Positions 29,796 through 39,018 of a stretch of 64,000 nucleotides of DNA are shown in pieces. The notes under the pieces were generated by a model. That model did not search any database. It worked only from the letters and a program-made list of their open reading frames with translations, and was not told the DNA's origin. Position numbers and translations under genes: made by a program. The stretch's first letter is position 1. Every line of letters starts with the position of its first letter. The stretch is from Sphingomonas sp. (GTDB lineage: Bacteria; Pseudomonadota; Alphaproteobacteria; Sphingomonadales; Sphingomonadaceae), in the NCBI GenBank assembly GCA_021154945.1, contig JAJNQF010000419.1:8532-72531 (forward strand), given 5' to 3'.

Positions 29796-30216
29796 GACGG
29801 TTGTCGCGCTCTGCCACGATGGCCGCGAGCACGAACCCCCCGATGAGTCCGAGATGCTCGAAGAACGCGTTGGTCGCCATGAAGCGCTCCTGACCCATCG
29901 GCATCGACCAGAAGGCGTTCGCCGTGAATGCGGCGAACAGCGTAAAGGCACCCAGCATTCCGGCGCCGAGCCAGACGAAGCGCCCCGACAGGATGAGAAG
30001 CGGGCCTATGATCTCGACGACGATCGTCAACGCCGCCCAGAAGGCGGGCGGCACCATTCCAAAATGCGCCTGCTCGGCGACCGCGGCGGACCAGTCGGTC
30101 GCCTTGACCACCCCGCCCAGGAGATAGGCCCCGACCAATGCCAGCCGGGCGACGAAGCCCGTCCAGCGCCACTCGAGTATCGCATCGACGAAGCGGGGTT
30201 CAGCGGACGGGGTCAT
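29788..30216 (-). CDS. DoxX-family membrane protein
   Basis: ARLAL..AYL.GG..K and NAFFEHLGLIGGF; 4 TM segments. Confidence 0.88.
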   Translation of the reverse strand: MTPSAEPRFVDAILEWRWTGFVARLALVGAYLLGGVVKATDWSAAVAEQAHFGMVPPAFWAALTIVVEIIGPLLILSGRFVWLGAGMLGAFTLFAAFTANAFWSMPMGQERFMATNAFFEHLGLIGGFVLAAIVAERDNRRA

Positions 30217-30220
30217 GATC

Positions 30221-31120
30221 TCACTGACCCGCCGGCGCGTGGATCTCGGCGATGTATCCGCCTGGAAAGCGCACCATGGCCGACTGCCGGCCACCGGAGG
30301 TCTGGGGAGCTACCAGCGTCTCGACGCCTGCTGCCGTGGCCTTCGCGAGAGTCGCCTGAATATCGGACACCTCGTAGCCGGTCGTCTCGCGACCATAGGG
30401 CCAGCCGATCTGCCCGTCGGACACCGCAACCGTCATCCGGCCATAGCCGGACGTGATCGCGATGCGACGGTAGGTCTTTCCCGGCTGTCCGATCTCGACC
30501 CCAGGCGCTGCCTTGGTGTCGGTGGTGATCCGGCCCTTCGAGAAGGCTAGCCAATGCTTGACGAAGGTGTCCGCGACGTCGGCCGTCAGATAGACGCGGT
30601 TCTCGGGGACCGTGGTCAGCGCCGGATAGTTCGGTTTCGCGGTGTGCCAGTAGATCTGCATAGCGACGCCGCCCGGCCACTGCACGACCGCGTCACGGCC
30701 GATGGGGTCGGGGAAGGTCGTGACCATCCTCACCGCGCCGTGCTTTGTAGCCGCCGCGACTGCCGCGTCCATGTTGTTGACGAGATACCCGTTCCGCTCC
30801 GCGCCGAACGGGTAGGGGATGGGCGTCTTGAACCCGAAGACCGAAAGCGATCCCGCGGGCGTCAGCACCAGCTGCGACATGGTCTCGCTTGCGGTCGGCG
30901 TAACCTTGAACACGCCCTGCTTGGTGGCCGTGCCGCCGAAGGTCGCGATTACGCTGGCAACGAAGCGGTCGAAATCCTCCGGTGCCACGTAGATGTGCGT
31001 GGTGTCGTATTGAGGCCCGACCGAATAGTCGGCTGACGGTGCCGCTTCCCTTGCCAGGACTGGCGCCGATGGCACCGATCCCAGCAGGGCGATGGCAATG
31101 AACAGGTTCAGACGCTTCAT
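30221..31120 (-). CDS. Exported glyoxalase-like (tandem VOC) protein
   Basis: Signal peptide MKRLNLFIAIALL; VGPQYDTTHIYV, two PYP/WPY-G.E..GY.V repeats, FPGGYIAEIH. Confidence 0.75.
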   Translation of the reverse strand: MKRLNLFIAIALLGSVPSAPVLAREAAPSADYSVGPQYDTTHIYVAPEDFDRFVASVIATFGGTATKQGVFKVTPTASETMSQLVLTPAGSLSVFGFKTPIPYPFGAERNGYLVNNMDAAVAAATKHGAVRMVTTFPDPIGRDAVVQWPGGVAMQIYWHTAKPNYPALTTVPENRVYLTADVADTFVKHWLAFSKGRITTDTKAAPGVEIGQPGKTYRRIAITSGYGRMTVAVSDGQIGWPYGRETTGYEVSDIQATLAKATAAGVETLVAPQTSGGRQSAMVRFPGGYIAEIHAPAGQ

Positions 31121-31142
31121 TATTCTTCTCCTATTCTCGTGA

Positions 31143-33080
31143 TCAGACCGCCCAGCAGCCACAGCCAAACGAACCCCAGAAACTCTGGACGTCCGCCACG
31201 GGGACGTCGCGGCCGAGGGCAGCGGCATGGTCGTGGCCGTGGACCGAGCATCCGCTTGCGCAACCGCACGCAGTGGCCAGCTTCGCGGAGGCTTCGGGCG
31301 TGCGGTGGTAGCCACCGAACGTTGCGACCGGCGACCAGTCGGGCATCGGTTTCGGCAGCGAGGGCGCAAGCGGGGCGTAGTCGCCTTCGCCGAACACCAC
31401 CCTGCCGCCGAGCAGCGTCAGGACGGACCGCAGATGCGGGATGTCGGTCTCAGGAACGGTCAGATAGTCGTCCGACAGCACCGCGAGATCGGCGAGTTGT
31501 CCGGCCTTGATCCGGCCCTTCTTGCCGACCTCGTTCGAGAACCAGGTGTTCTCGTGCGTCCACATCGCCAGCGCCTTCTCGCGGCTGACGCGGTTGGCAC
31601 CGGGGTAGAGGCCGAGGCCGCCGACGGTCCTGCCGGTCACCAGCCAGTTCAGCGATACCCAAGGATTGTAGCTCGCGACGCGCGTGGCGTCGGTGCCAGC
31701 GCCGACATGGATCCCGGCGGCGAGCATCTTGGCGATCGGCGGCGTCCGCTCGGCAGCCTTCGCGCCATAGCGTTCGACGAAATACTCGCCCTGATACGCC
31801 ATGCGGTGCTGGACCGCGATGCCGCCGCCGAGCGCTGCGATCCGATCGATGTTGCGGTCGGTGATCGTCTCGGCATGGTCGAAGAACCAGTTGATCCCGT
31901 CGAACGGGATGTCCTTCGCCACCTTCTCGTACACGTCGAGTGCTCGGCCGATCGTCTGGTCGTAGGTCGCATGCAGGCGCCACGGCCACTTGTGCTCGGC
32001 AAGCAGGCGGATGACGGGTTCGAGATCGCCTTCCATGTTCGCCGGCATGTCGGGACGCTCGACGCGGAAGTCCTCGAAGTCGGCAGCGGAATACACGAGC
32101 ATCTCGCCGGCGCCGTTGTGCCGGTACTTGTCGTCGCCCTGGCCGGGCGTGACCTGCTTCACCCAGCCCTGGAAGTCGGAGAGCTCTTCCTTCGGCTTCT
32201 GGGTGAAGAGGTTGTAGCTGATCCGCAGCGTCAGCTGGTCGTCAGCGTGCAGCTTTTCGATGATCTCATAGTCGTCGGGATAGTTCTGGAAGCCACCGCC
32301 TGCATCGATCACGCCGGTGACGCCGAGCGAGTTCATCTCGCGCATGAAGTGGCGGGTGGAGTTGAGCTGATACTCCGGTGGCAGCTTCGGCCCCTTGGCG
32401 AGCGTCGAATACAGGATCGTCGCATTGGGGTGCGCGAGCAGCAGGCCGGTCGGGTTGCCCGCCGCATCGCGGACGATCTCGCCACCTGGAGGGTTGGGCG
32501 TGTCCTTGCCGTAGCCGACGACGCGCAGCGCCGCTGCGTTCAGCAACGCACGATCGTAGAGGTGGAGGATGAACACCGGCGTATCGGGCGCGACCGCGTT
32601 CAGTTCGGCGATCGTCGGCAGACGCTTCTCGGCGAACTGGTGCTCGGTGAAGCCGCCGACGACGCGCACCCATTGCGGGGCGGGCGTGTTGTCGACCTGG
32701 CGCTTGAGCATCGCCATCGCGTCGGCGAGGCTTGGCACACCGTCCCAGCGGAGTTCCATGTTGTAGTTGAGGCCACCGCGGATGACGTGCATGTGGCTGT
32801 CGATCAGCCCGGGAATGATGCGGCGGCCCTTTGCGTCGATGACGTCAGCGCCCGGTGCGGCGGCGCGCACCTCCTGTTCACTGCCTACCATCAGGAACTT
32901 GCCGTCGCGGATGGCGATCGCCTGAGCCTCCGGGTTCTCGCGGTCGAGGGTCGTCACCTTGGCATTGACGATGATCATGTCGGACATGGATTTTCTCCGG
33001 TTAATGGCGGCGGCAGGTGTCGCGAGCAGTGCCATCGCCGCAGCGCCGCCTGCCAGCGTCTCGCGGCGCGTGGGCGTCAT
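31143..33080 (-). CDS. Amidohydrolase, YtcJ/NfdA-like
   Basis: PGLIDSHMH, RLHAT, FDHAE, GTDA, GQLADLAVL; Tat-like RRETL leader; Cys/His tail. Confidence 0.9.
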   Translation of the reverse strand: MTPTRRETLAGGAAAMALLATPAAAINRRKSMSDMIIVNAKVTTLDRENPEAQAIAIRDGKFLMVGSEQEVRAAAPGADVIDAKGRRIIPGLIDSHMHVIRGGLNYNMELRWDGVPSLADAMAMLKRQVDNTPAPQWVRVVGGFTEHQFAEKRLPTIAELNAVAPDTPVFILHLYDRALLNAAALRVVGYGKDTPNPPGGEIVRDAAGNPTGLLLAHPNATILYSTLAKGPKLPPEYQLNSTRHFMREMNSLGVTGVIDAGGGFQNYPDDYEIIEKLHADDQLTLRISYNLFTQKPKEELSDFQGWVKQVTPGQGDDKYRHNGAGEMLVYSAADFEDFRVERPDMPANMEGDLEPVIRLLAEHKWPWRLHATYDQTIGRALDVYEKVAKDIPFDGINWFFDHAETITDRNIDRIAALGGGIAVQHRMAYQGEYFVERYGAKAAERTPPIAKMLAAGIHVGAGTDATRVASYNPWVSLNWLVTGRTVGGLGLYPGANRVSREKALAMWTHENTWFSNEVGKKGRIKAGQLADLAVLSDDYLTVPETDIPHLRSVLTLLGGRVVFGEGDYAPLAPSLPKPMPDWSPVATFGGYHRTPEASAKLATACGCASGCSVHGHDHAAALGRDVPVADVQSFWGSFGCGCWAV

Positions 33081-33340
33081 GCGACGTCGCGTGGGGGCGG
33101 TGCGGCCGGATCGCCCGGCAACCGTCCGAGCACGGTGCCCGAACAGGTGCCGGCGATCGCCGTCCTGATCGGCTGTCCGTCGATCACCCGCCGGGCGATC
33201 GGCATCACCTGCTCACCGAGCAGGATGCCGAGCAGACCGACCAGGGCGATCATCGGCGGTGCCGGCGACTTGACGTCGAGGAGGCTGTAGATGGCGCCGA
33301 TCAGCAGGCCCGCGGCGAGCGAAATGAGATAGGGCTTCAT
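33077..33340 (-). CDS. XapX/DUF1427 small membrane protein
   Basis: SLAAGLLIGAIY.LL.V.SPAPP.IALVGLLGIL.GEQ; GGAG RBS. Confidence 0.85.
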   Translation of the reverse strand: MKPYLISLAAGLLIGAIYSLLDVKSPAPPMIALVGLLGILLGEQVMPIARRVIDGQPIRTAIAGTCSGTVLGRLPGDPAAPPPRDVA

Positions 33341-33365
33341 GAAGGGTCTCCTCGACGTCGTGGAG

Positions 33366-34202
33366 TCAGCTGCGCACGAAGGCGAGCAGGTCTGGGTTGA
33401 TCGTATCGGCATCGACGGTCAGCATGCCGTGACTGAAGCCCGGATAGATCTTGAGCGTCGCGTTCGGCAGCAGTTCGGCCTGCTTCACCGAGGCGTTCTT
33501 GTAGGGAACGACCTGGTCGTCATCGCCCTGCAGCACCAGCGAAGGTACGGTGATCGCCTTGAGGTCCTCGGTCTGGTCCGTCTCGGAAAACGCCTTGATG
33601 CCGAGATAGTGAGCCTGAGCGCTGCCCATCATGCCCTGACGCCACCAGTTGTCGATCACCGACTGCTCGACCTTCGCGGCCGGACGGTTGAAGCCGTAGA
33701 ACGGGCCACTCGCGAAATCGAGGAACAGCTTGGTGCGGCTGGCGGCCAGGCCGGCGCGAATGCCGTCGAGCACTTCGATGGGCAGACCGTCCGGGTTGCT
33801 GTCGGTCTTGACCATGATCGGCGGGACGGAACTCACCAGCACCATCTTCGCGACGCGCCCCTGGGGCTGGCCATACTTGGCGACGTAGCGCGCAACTTCG
33901 CCGCCGCCCGTCGAGTGACCGATGTGCACGATGTTGGTCAGATCGAGGTGCTCGACCACGGCGGCCGCGTCCGCGGCGTAGTGGTCCATGTCGTGGCCCG
34001 TACCGATCTGGCTCGAGCGGCCATGACCGCGGCGGTCATGAGCGACGACGCGGAAGCCGTTGTCGAGGAAGAACAGCATCTGCGTGTCCCAGTCGTCCGA
34101 TGACAGCGGCCAGCCGTGATGGAACATGATCGGCTGGGCATCCTTCGGACCCCAATCCTTGTAGAAGATCTCGGCGCCGTCCTGGGTGGTTACGTAGGTC
34201 AT
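33366..34202 (-). CDS. Alpha/beta hydrolase, non-haem chloroperoxidase/perhydrolase type
   Basis: IFYKDWG, HHGWPLS, HDRRGHGRS, GHSTGGG, GDDDQ, SHG. Confidence 0.92.
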   Translation of the reverse strand: MTYVTTQDGAEIFYKDWGPKDAQPIMFHHGWPLSSDDWDTQMLFFLDNGFRVVAHDRRGHGRSSQIGTGHDMDHYAADAAAVVEHLDLTNIVHIGHSTGGGEVARYVAKYGQPQGRVAKMVLVSSVPPIMVKTDSNPDGLPIEVLDGIRAGLAASRTKLFLDFASGPFYGFNRPAAKVEQSVIDNWWRQGMMGSAQAHYLGIKAFSETDQTEDLKAITVPSLVLQGDDDQVVPYKNASVKQAELLPNATLKIYPGFSHGMLTVDADTINPDLLAFVRS

Positions 34203-34243
34203 GAAGCGTCTCCGTGGATTTGGGTTGAAGGCCGGGAAAGACC

Positions 34244-34906
34244 TCAGGCGTGGGCGCCTTCTGACGCACCGAACATCGTCTTCGCGTAGGTGACGCCGAG
34301 CCCGTAGGCGCCGCCCCACTTCTTCGCGATGCCGGTCGTGGAGTCGTAGGTCTCCGTCCGAGCCCAGTCGCGCTGCAGTTCGAGCAGGTACTGGAGCGAG
34401 GTCATCGGCTTGGCGCCGAGCTGGATCATGCGCTGCACCGCGCGGTCATGCGCTTCGACCGAGATGTCGCCGCAGGCATCGGCGATGAAGTAGCAGTCGA
34501 AGCCCTGATCGATCGCGGAGGCGATGGGGCCGACGATGCAGACGCTCGTCCAGAGGCCTGCGAAAACGATCCGCTCCTTGCCGATGCGGTTGACCTCGTC
34601 GATCACGCCCTGGTCCTCCCAGGTGTTCATCGAGGTGCGGTCGAGCATCGCCTGGCCTGGAAACGCCTCCTTGATCTCATCGAACATCGGCCCCGAGAAG
34701 CTGTCGACGGCGACCGTCGTCAGGATCGTCGGCACGTCGAACGACTTCGCTCCGCGGCTGATCAGCGCTGCGTTGTTGCGCAGAAGCTCGGTCGAGATCG
34801 ACTTGGTCGCGAATGCCATCTGCGACTGGAAGTCGATCAGGACGAGGACGTGATCGGTCGGCGAGATGAGCGACTTGCCCGGAGTTGCCGTTGCGGTGAT
34901 TGTCAT
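34244..34906 (-). CDS. Isochorismatase-family cysteine hydrolase, YcaC-like
   Basis: LIDFQ, RTSMNTWED, GLWTSVC, LELQRDW. Confidence 0.92.
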   Translation of the reverse strand: MTITATATPGKSLISPTDHVLVLIDFQSQMAFATKSISTELLRNNAALISRGAKSFDVPTILTTVAVDSFSGPMFDEIKEAFPGQAMLDRTSMNTWEDQGVIDEVNRIGKERIVFAGLWTSVCIVGPIASAIDQGFDCYFIADACGDISVEAHDRAVQRMIQLGAKPMTSLQYLLELQRDWARTETYDSTTGIAKKWGGAYGLGVTYAKTMFGASEGAHA

Positions 34907-35104
34907 GATTGTCTCCCGATGGATCTGGCTGGTGAACCCCGATCTACTTCGCCCACGTCATCGCCGGCATCTGTATAATCTGAGCGTTTTCGTTCGATGG
35001 ATCTGACAAGTGACGTCATCGAGATCCGTGAGAGGGGTTTGCCGCGGCTGACCGCGACGGTCTTGGATGATCCTGACGCGATAAGGACGGTTGGACGTCG
35101 ATCG

Positions 35105-35869
35105 CTATTCGTTCGATGCGGAAACCGCACCGACCCGGATGCTGAACCGGGATCCTCGACCGGGGACGGACTCGCAGTCGAGGTGATGGCCGAGCGCAAT
35201 GCAGTTGGTGTGCACCAGGTAGAGACCCAGCCCGATGCCGTCCGCCCGCGCATCGACTTGGCGGTATGCGTCGAAGATGTGGCGGCAGTCGTCCGACGAG
35301 ATGCCCATTCCGCTGTCGACGACGTCGATGAACAGAAGTCCGCGTCGGCGCCTGCACCCGATGACCACGCCTCCGCGGCGGGTATACTTCAAGCCGTTCG
35401 ACACGAGATTCCGGAGGGCGCAGACGAGCAGTTCAGGGTCGGTCGTGATGATCGCCGCACAGTCGACGAAGCGCAGCCTGAGGCCTCGATCGGCAGCGGC
35501 CGGAGCGAACTCGGCCGCGACCTTGGAAAGCAGACTTCCCACCCTGACGGTCTGCAGTTCAGGGCTCGGGCGATCGTCCCGCGGCCGGCGGGCAGCGTCG
35601 GTGAGATCCTCCAGTCCGTCGGACAGTCGCGAGACTTGATGGCGGGCGGCATTCAGCCACATCCGGTCGGTGTCGTCGCTCGCCAACTTGCCGAGCCTCT
35701 CAACGGCCCCCAGGATGATCTGGAGCGGCTGTCTGAGATCGTGGCCGGCCGTCGCCATCGTCAGTCTAAGGTTCTCCGTCAGCACGGCGCTGTCCTCTCG
35801 AGTGCGCGATCTTGGCGGCCCCGAATGGCTGGAGGTCGCAGTCGGTTGGAAAGCGAGGATGGTGCGCAT
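35105..35869 (-). CDS. Histidine kinase lacking a sensor domain
   Basis: H box GHDLRQPL, N box NLVSNGLKYT, DSGMGI, GIGLGL; start uncertain. Confidence 0.82.
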   Translation of the reverse strand: MRTILAFQPTATSSHSGPPRSRTREDSAVLTENLRLTMATAGHDLRQPLQIILGAVERLGKLASDDTDRMWLNAARHQVSRLSDGLEDLTDAARRPRDDRPSPELQTVRVGSLLSKVAAEFAPAAADRGLRLRFVDCAAIITTDPELLVCALRNLVSNGLKYTRRGGVVIGCRRRRGLLFIDVVDSGMGISSDDCRHIFDAYRQVDARADGIGLGLYLVHTNCIALGHHLDCESVPGRGSRFSIRVGAVSASNE

Positions 35870-36209
35870 GTTCGTCACTCGCGGTAGTGATGCAGTCCGA
35901 CGCAGGTTGCTCGATAATGACCGTGACATCTTGTAGGAAACATGCGCTGTTCGAACGATCGCATCGAAATGACGAACCGCTGTTCATTGTTCATCTGACG
36001 AAACGATACCGGACATCTTCGCTTCAAGAACTTCGCAGACCAGCCCGAGAGGGCTAGGCACATCCCGCGCTCGAACGGTACAGTTTGCACGCACCGGTCC
36101 GGCCTTCGTCTCATTCATTGTTGGTCGTACTACGAAGATGTCCAGGATAGCGGCCAGTCGTCATGACCGACGGGCGACGCGCTGCTTACCCGAGACCGCG
36201 GCCTCCACG

Positions 36210-36527
36210 TCAGTGCGAAAGCAGCGCGAGAGCGTCGATCTGTGCAAGGCTGAAGCCCAGGTCTGAAAGCGCGGGCATGAACTGCGCTGCCTCCGGACTG
36301 CGGAGCCGGCTCGCCCATACGAAACGCCTCACCGCGTCGCTGCGCGGATCGGAGATTGCTGGACGTTCCCGCCATCCAAACAGCATCGATGCAATCCGAC
36401 CTAGCAGTCCGGCTCTCTCGCTCGAAAGCGCTCGCGGCAGACCAATGCCGTAGGCGTCGTCCAAGGCGTACGCGACCGCCGACCACTCGTGGTCGTCGAG
36501 TTGTGGAACGGCCTGAAACCCTCGCAT
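36210..36527 (-). CDS. Small hypothetical protein (105 aa)
   Basis: AAGGAG RBS; EWSAV..A..D, ISDPRSDAVRRF, GFSLAQIDAL. Confidence 0.7.
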   Translation of the reverse strand: MRGFQAVPQLDDHEWSAVAYALDDAYGIGLPRALSSERAGLLGRIASMLFGWRERPAISDPRSDAVRRFVWASRLRSPEAAQFMPALSDLGFSLAQIDALALLSH

Positions 36528-36857
36528 CTCAATCTCCTTCGCGGCAGTGCGTGCGCGCCGTCGAACCGGGCCTCGATCTCGGACTGGGCAGGGATTGGCG
36601 CTGACCGTCTGATAGCTCCGGGTTCGTTGCGCCGCTTGCACCCGGCGAACCAATTTGGTCGAACGTGCGGTAAGATGGTCCTCGAAGTCTTTTCACGTGA
36701 CCGGAACCGAGGGAAGCACTTGCGCTTCCACCTCGGATCTGCGGCCGGTGCAGACTGGGCACCGCGCCCGCCTTCGGCCATTCCGTGCAAACCACGCGCA
36801 GAGGATGCAATACCGGTCTGGAGAGACGGAACATGGTGATACCGAAAGGAAATCCCC

Positions 36858-36986
36858 ATGAACCCTTGCGAGCCCGAAGCGAACGCACCCCCGTCCGACA
36901 TCGATCCCGTGGAGGACGCAATCGAAGAGGCGGAACTCGAAAGTTTTCCGGCAAGCGATCCGCCGGCCAGCTTCAGGTTCGAATGA
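36858..36986 (+). CDS. 42-aa acidic protein with ESFPASDPP motif
   Basis: Manual translation MNPCEPEANAPPSDIDPVEDAIEEAELESFPASDPPASFRFE; AAAGGA RBS. Confidence 0.75.
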   Translation: MNPCEPEANAPPSDIDPVEDAIEEAELESFPASDPPASFRFE

Positions 36987-37062
36987 TGCCGACCCGCCAC
37001 CGCTTCGAACCCGTCCTCTCAGACTGCGTCGACTTCTGCGCCTCGACATCGGCACCGCACGG

Positions 37063-37692
37063 ATGGCGACCGTCGTGACGCTCCGGCTACTCGTCCTCTA
37101 TGGCTCCTATCGAGCCGATCGCATGGGCATAAGGCTGGCAGACTACAGCATCCGGCAGTTCCGCAAGCGGGGCGTCGACGCCGAACTCGTGGACGCCCGC
37201 GAAGTGGGGCTTCCGATGCTCGACAGGACGTATGACGAGTTCGCTCCAGGCGCCGCCCCTCCGGCGATGGAGGCGCTGTCGAAGAAGCTCGCAGCGGCCG
37301 ACGCGTTCCTCTTCGTGGCGGGCGAATACAACTGGGGAATGCAGGCGGGACTGAAGAACCTGGTCGACCACTTCCAGGACGAGTGGCTCCGGAAACCGGC
37401 TGCGCTCGCGACATACTCGACCGGACGCTTCGGCGGGGTGCGGGCCGGATGCGCCTGGCATCCGACGCTGGCCGAACTGGGGATGGTCGTCGTGCCACGC
37501 AGCGTAGCCGTGGGACCGATCGCCTCGACGCTTGATCCGGAGGCCGATCCGGTGGGCCAGGCCGGTGACGCCCTGGATCACAACTTCGCAGGCTTCGCCG
37601 ACGATGTCCTCTGGTGGGCTACGGCCGCCAAGGAACAGCGCTCGCGCAGTTCCTCTGCAAACCATATGTGGAATTCAGCCCTCGCGCCATGA
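37063..37692 (+). CDS. NADPH-dependent FMN reductase
   Basis: GSYR, EYNWG..AGLKNLVD, YSTGRFGG.RA. Confidence 0.88.
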   Translation: MATVVTLRLLVLYGSYRADRMGIRLADYSIRQFRKRGVDAELVDAREVGLPMLDRTYDEFAPGAAPPAMEALSKKLAAADAFLFVAGEYNWGMQAGLKNLVDHFQDEWLRKPAALATYSTGRFGGVRAGCAWHPTLAELGMVVVPRSVAVGPIASTLDPEADPVGQAGDALDHNFAGFADDVLWWATAAKEQRSRSSSANHMWNSALAP

Positions 37693-38235
37693 GCGACGCC
37701 ACACGAGTGGCGTCTCCCCGACGATCCGTCGAAACAACCTGGTGAGGTGAGCCTGATCGGTCAGGCCGCACGCACAGGCGATCTGGCTGAGGTTGTCGGT
37801 CGTCCGCAGCATCAGCGTCTGGGCACGGCGGATGCGCTGGCGGATCAGGAACGCGTGCGGCGTCTCGCCTATGCTGACCTTGAACGCACGACAGAAGTGT
37901 CCCGAGCTCAGGCGAGCCACCGAAGCCAGGGCTTCGACGAGAACGGTCTGTTCCAGCTTCTCGTCGATGTGCTCCCGAACTCGGGCGATCTGCCAAGGAG
38001 TGAGGCCGCCCTTGGCCGCCTCGACGCCGGCGACGACCGGCAGCGCGGGTATCAGCACGGCCTCGAAGGGGTCGACGGTCTTCGAGAACAGGGCTGCGAT
38101 GCGGTCCAGATAGTCGCGAGCCAGGATCGGATCGGCCTCGAGGGACCGCCGAGCCCCGGCGATCAGATCCGTCAGCATGGGCGGCGAAACCCGAGGGGGC
38201 AGCGAGGAATGGTTGAGCATCGATTGTTGCAGCAT
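37675..38235 (-). CDS. Short AraC-family regulator
   Basis: GGLTPWQ, LSSGHFCRAFK, IACACGLTDQAHLTRLF. Confidence 0.88.
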   Translation of the reverse strand: MLQQSMLNHSSLPPRVSPPMLTDLIAGARRSLEADPILARDYLDRIAALFSKTVDPFEAVLIPALPVVAGVEAAKGGLTPWQIARVREHIDEKLEQTVLVEALASVARLSSGHFCRAFKVSIGETPHAFLIRQRIRRAQTLMLRTTDNLSQIACACGLTDQAHLTRLFRRIVGETPLVWRRSWREG

Positions 38236-38337
38236 GATCGGTGGTCCCCGATTGTTGATGCTGCATCGTACGGGGAGGGGGCGTGCCGACGGTATCGGAC
38301 GTGAGGTTCGGTCCCCCACCACCAAGGTCGGTGAAGA

Positions 38338-38353
38338 CTAGACCAAGATATAG
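38338..38353. promoter_or_regulatory. Palindromic site CTAGAC-CAAG-ATATAG upstream of the AraC gene
   Basis: Matches sites at 41691 and 60269. Confidence 0.5.
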
Positions 38354-38376
38354 GTGGTCCAGCGAGAAAACCCCCG

Positions 38377-39018
38377 TCAGAGGTCGATTATTCCCCGGCG
38401 GGCTGCGATGGCGACGGCATGCGTGCGATCCGCTGCCGAGAGCTTCATGAAGATTGCCTTCATGTGCCCCTTCACCGTCTCCTCCGCGAGGTTGAGCCGA
38501 TTCCCTATGGATCGATTCGAGTTACCTGCGGCAGCCAACTCCAAAACGCTAATTTCCCGATCGGTCAGCGCGTCCGCGATGACGTGCATGGCTATGTCGG
38601 TCGCCACGGCCGTGTCGAGGTGCTTGCCGCCAGCGTATACCGAGCGGATGGTATCCAGCAGTTCCTTCCGCAGGCTGCTCTTGAGGATGTAGCCGGAGGC
38701 GCCAGCCCTCAAAGCACGCAACGCCTGCGCATCGCCCGAATAGGTGGTGAGAACTACTATTCGCGCGTCAGGCCACTCGGACCTGATCGCGACGATCGCT
38801 TCGAGTCCGCTCATACCGGGCATCTGCAGGTCCATGAGCACGACGTCGGGAAGGTGTGCGCGGTATTGCTCGACCGCCCCAGTTCCGTTGCAGGCCTCGG
38901 CCACGACGCACAGGTCCGCCTGCGTCGAGACGACCGCATGCACGCCCTCACGAAGAAAGGGATGGTCGTCGACGACCAGGACGCGGATTATCTTGGATGT
39001 CGTCACGGTCGTCAGCAT
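38377..39018 (-). CDS. NarL/LuxR-type response regulator
   Basis: VVDDHP, MDLQMP, LTTY, LTDRE..VL, TVKGH. Confidence 0.93.
   Translation of the reverse strand: MLTTVTTSKIIRVLVVDDHPFLREGVHAVVSTQADLCVVAEACNGTGAVEQYRAHLPDVVLMDLQMPGMSGLEAIVAIRSEWPDARIVVLTTYSGDAQALRALRAGASGYILKSSLRKELLDTIRSVYAGGKHLDTAVATDIAMHVIADALTDREISVLELAAAGNSNRSIGNRLNLAEETVKGHMKAIFMKLSAADRTHAVAIAARRGIIDL

Noticed and set aside
31227..33290. 687-aa plus-strand ORF
   Set aside because: Antisense shadow of the amidohydrolase gene
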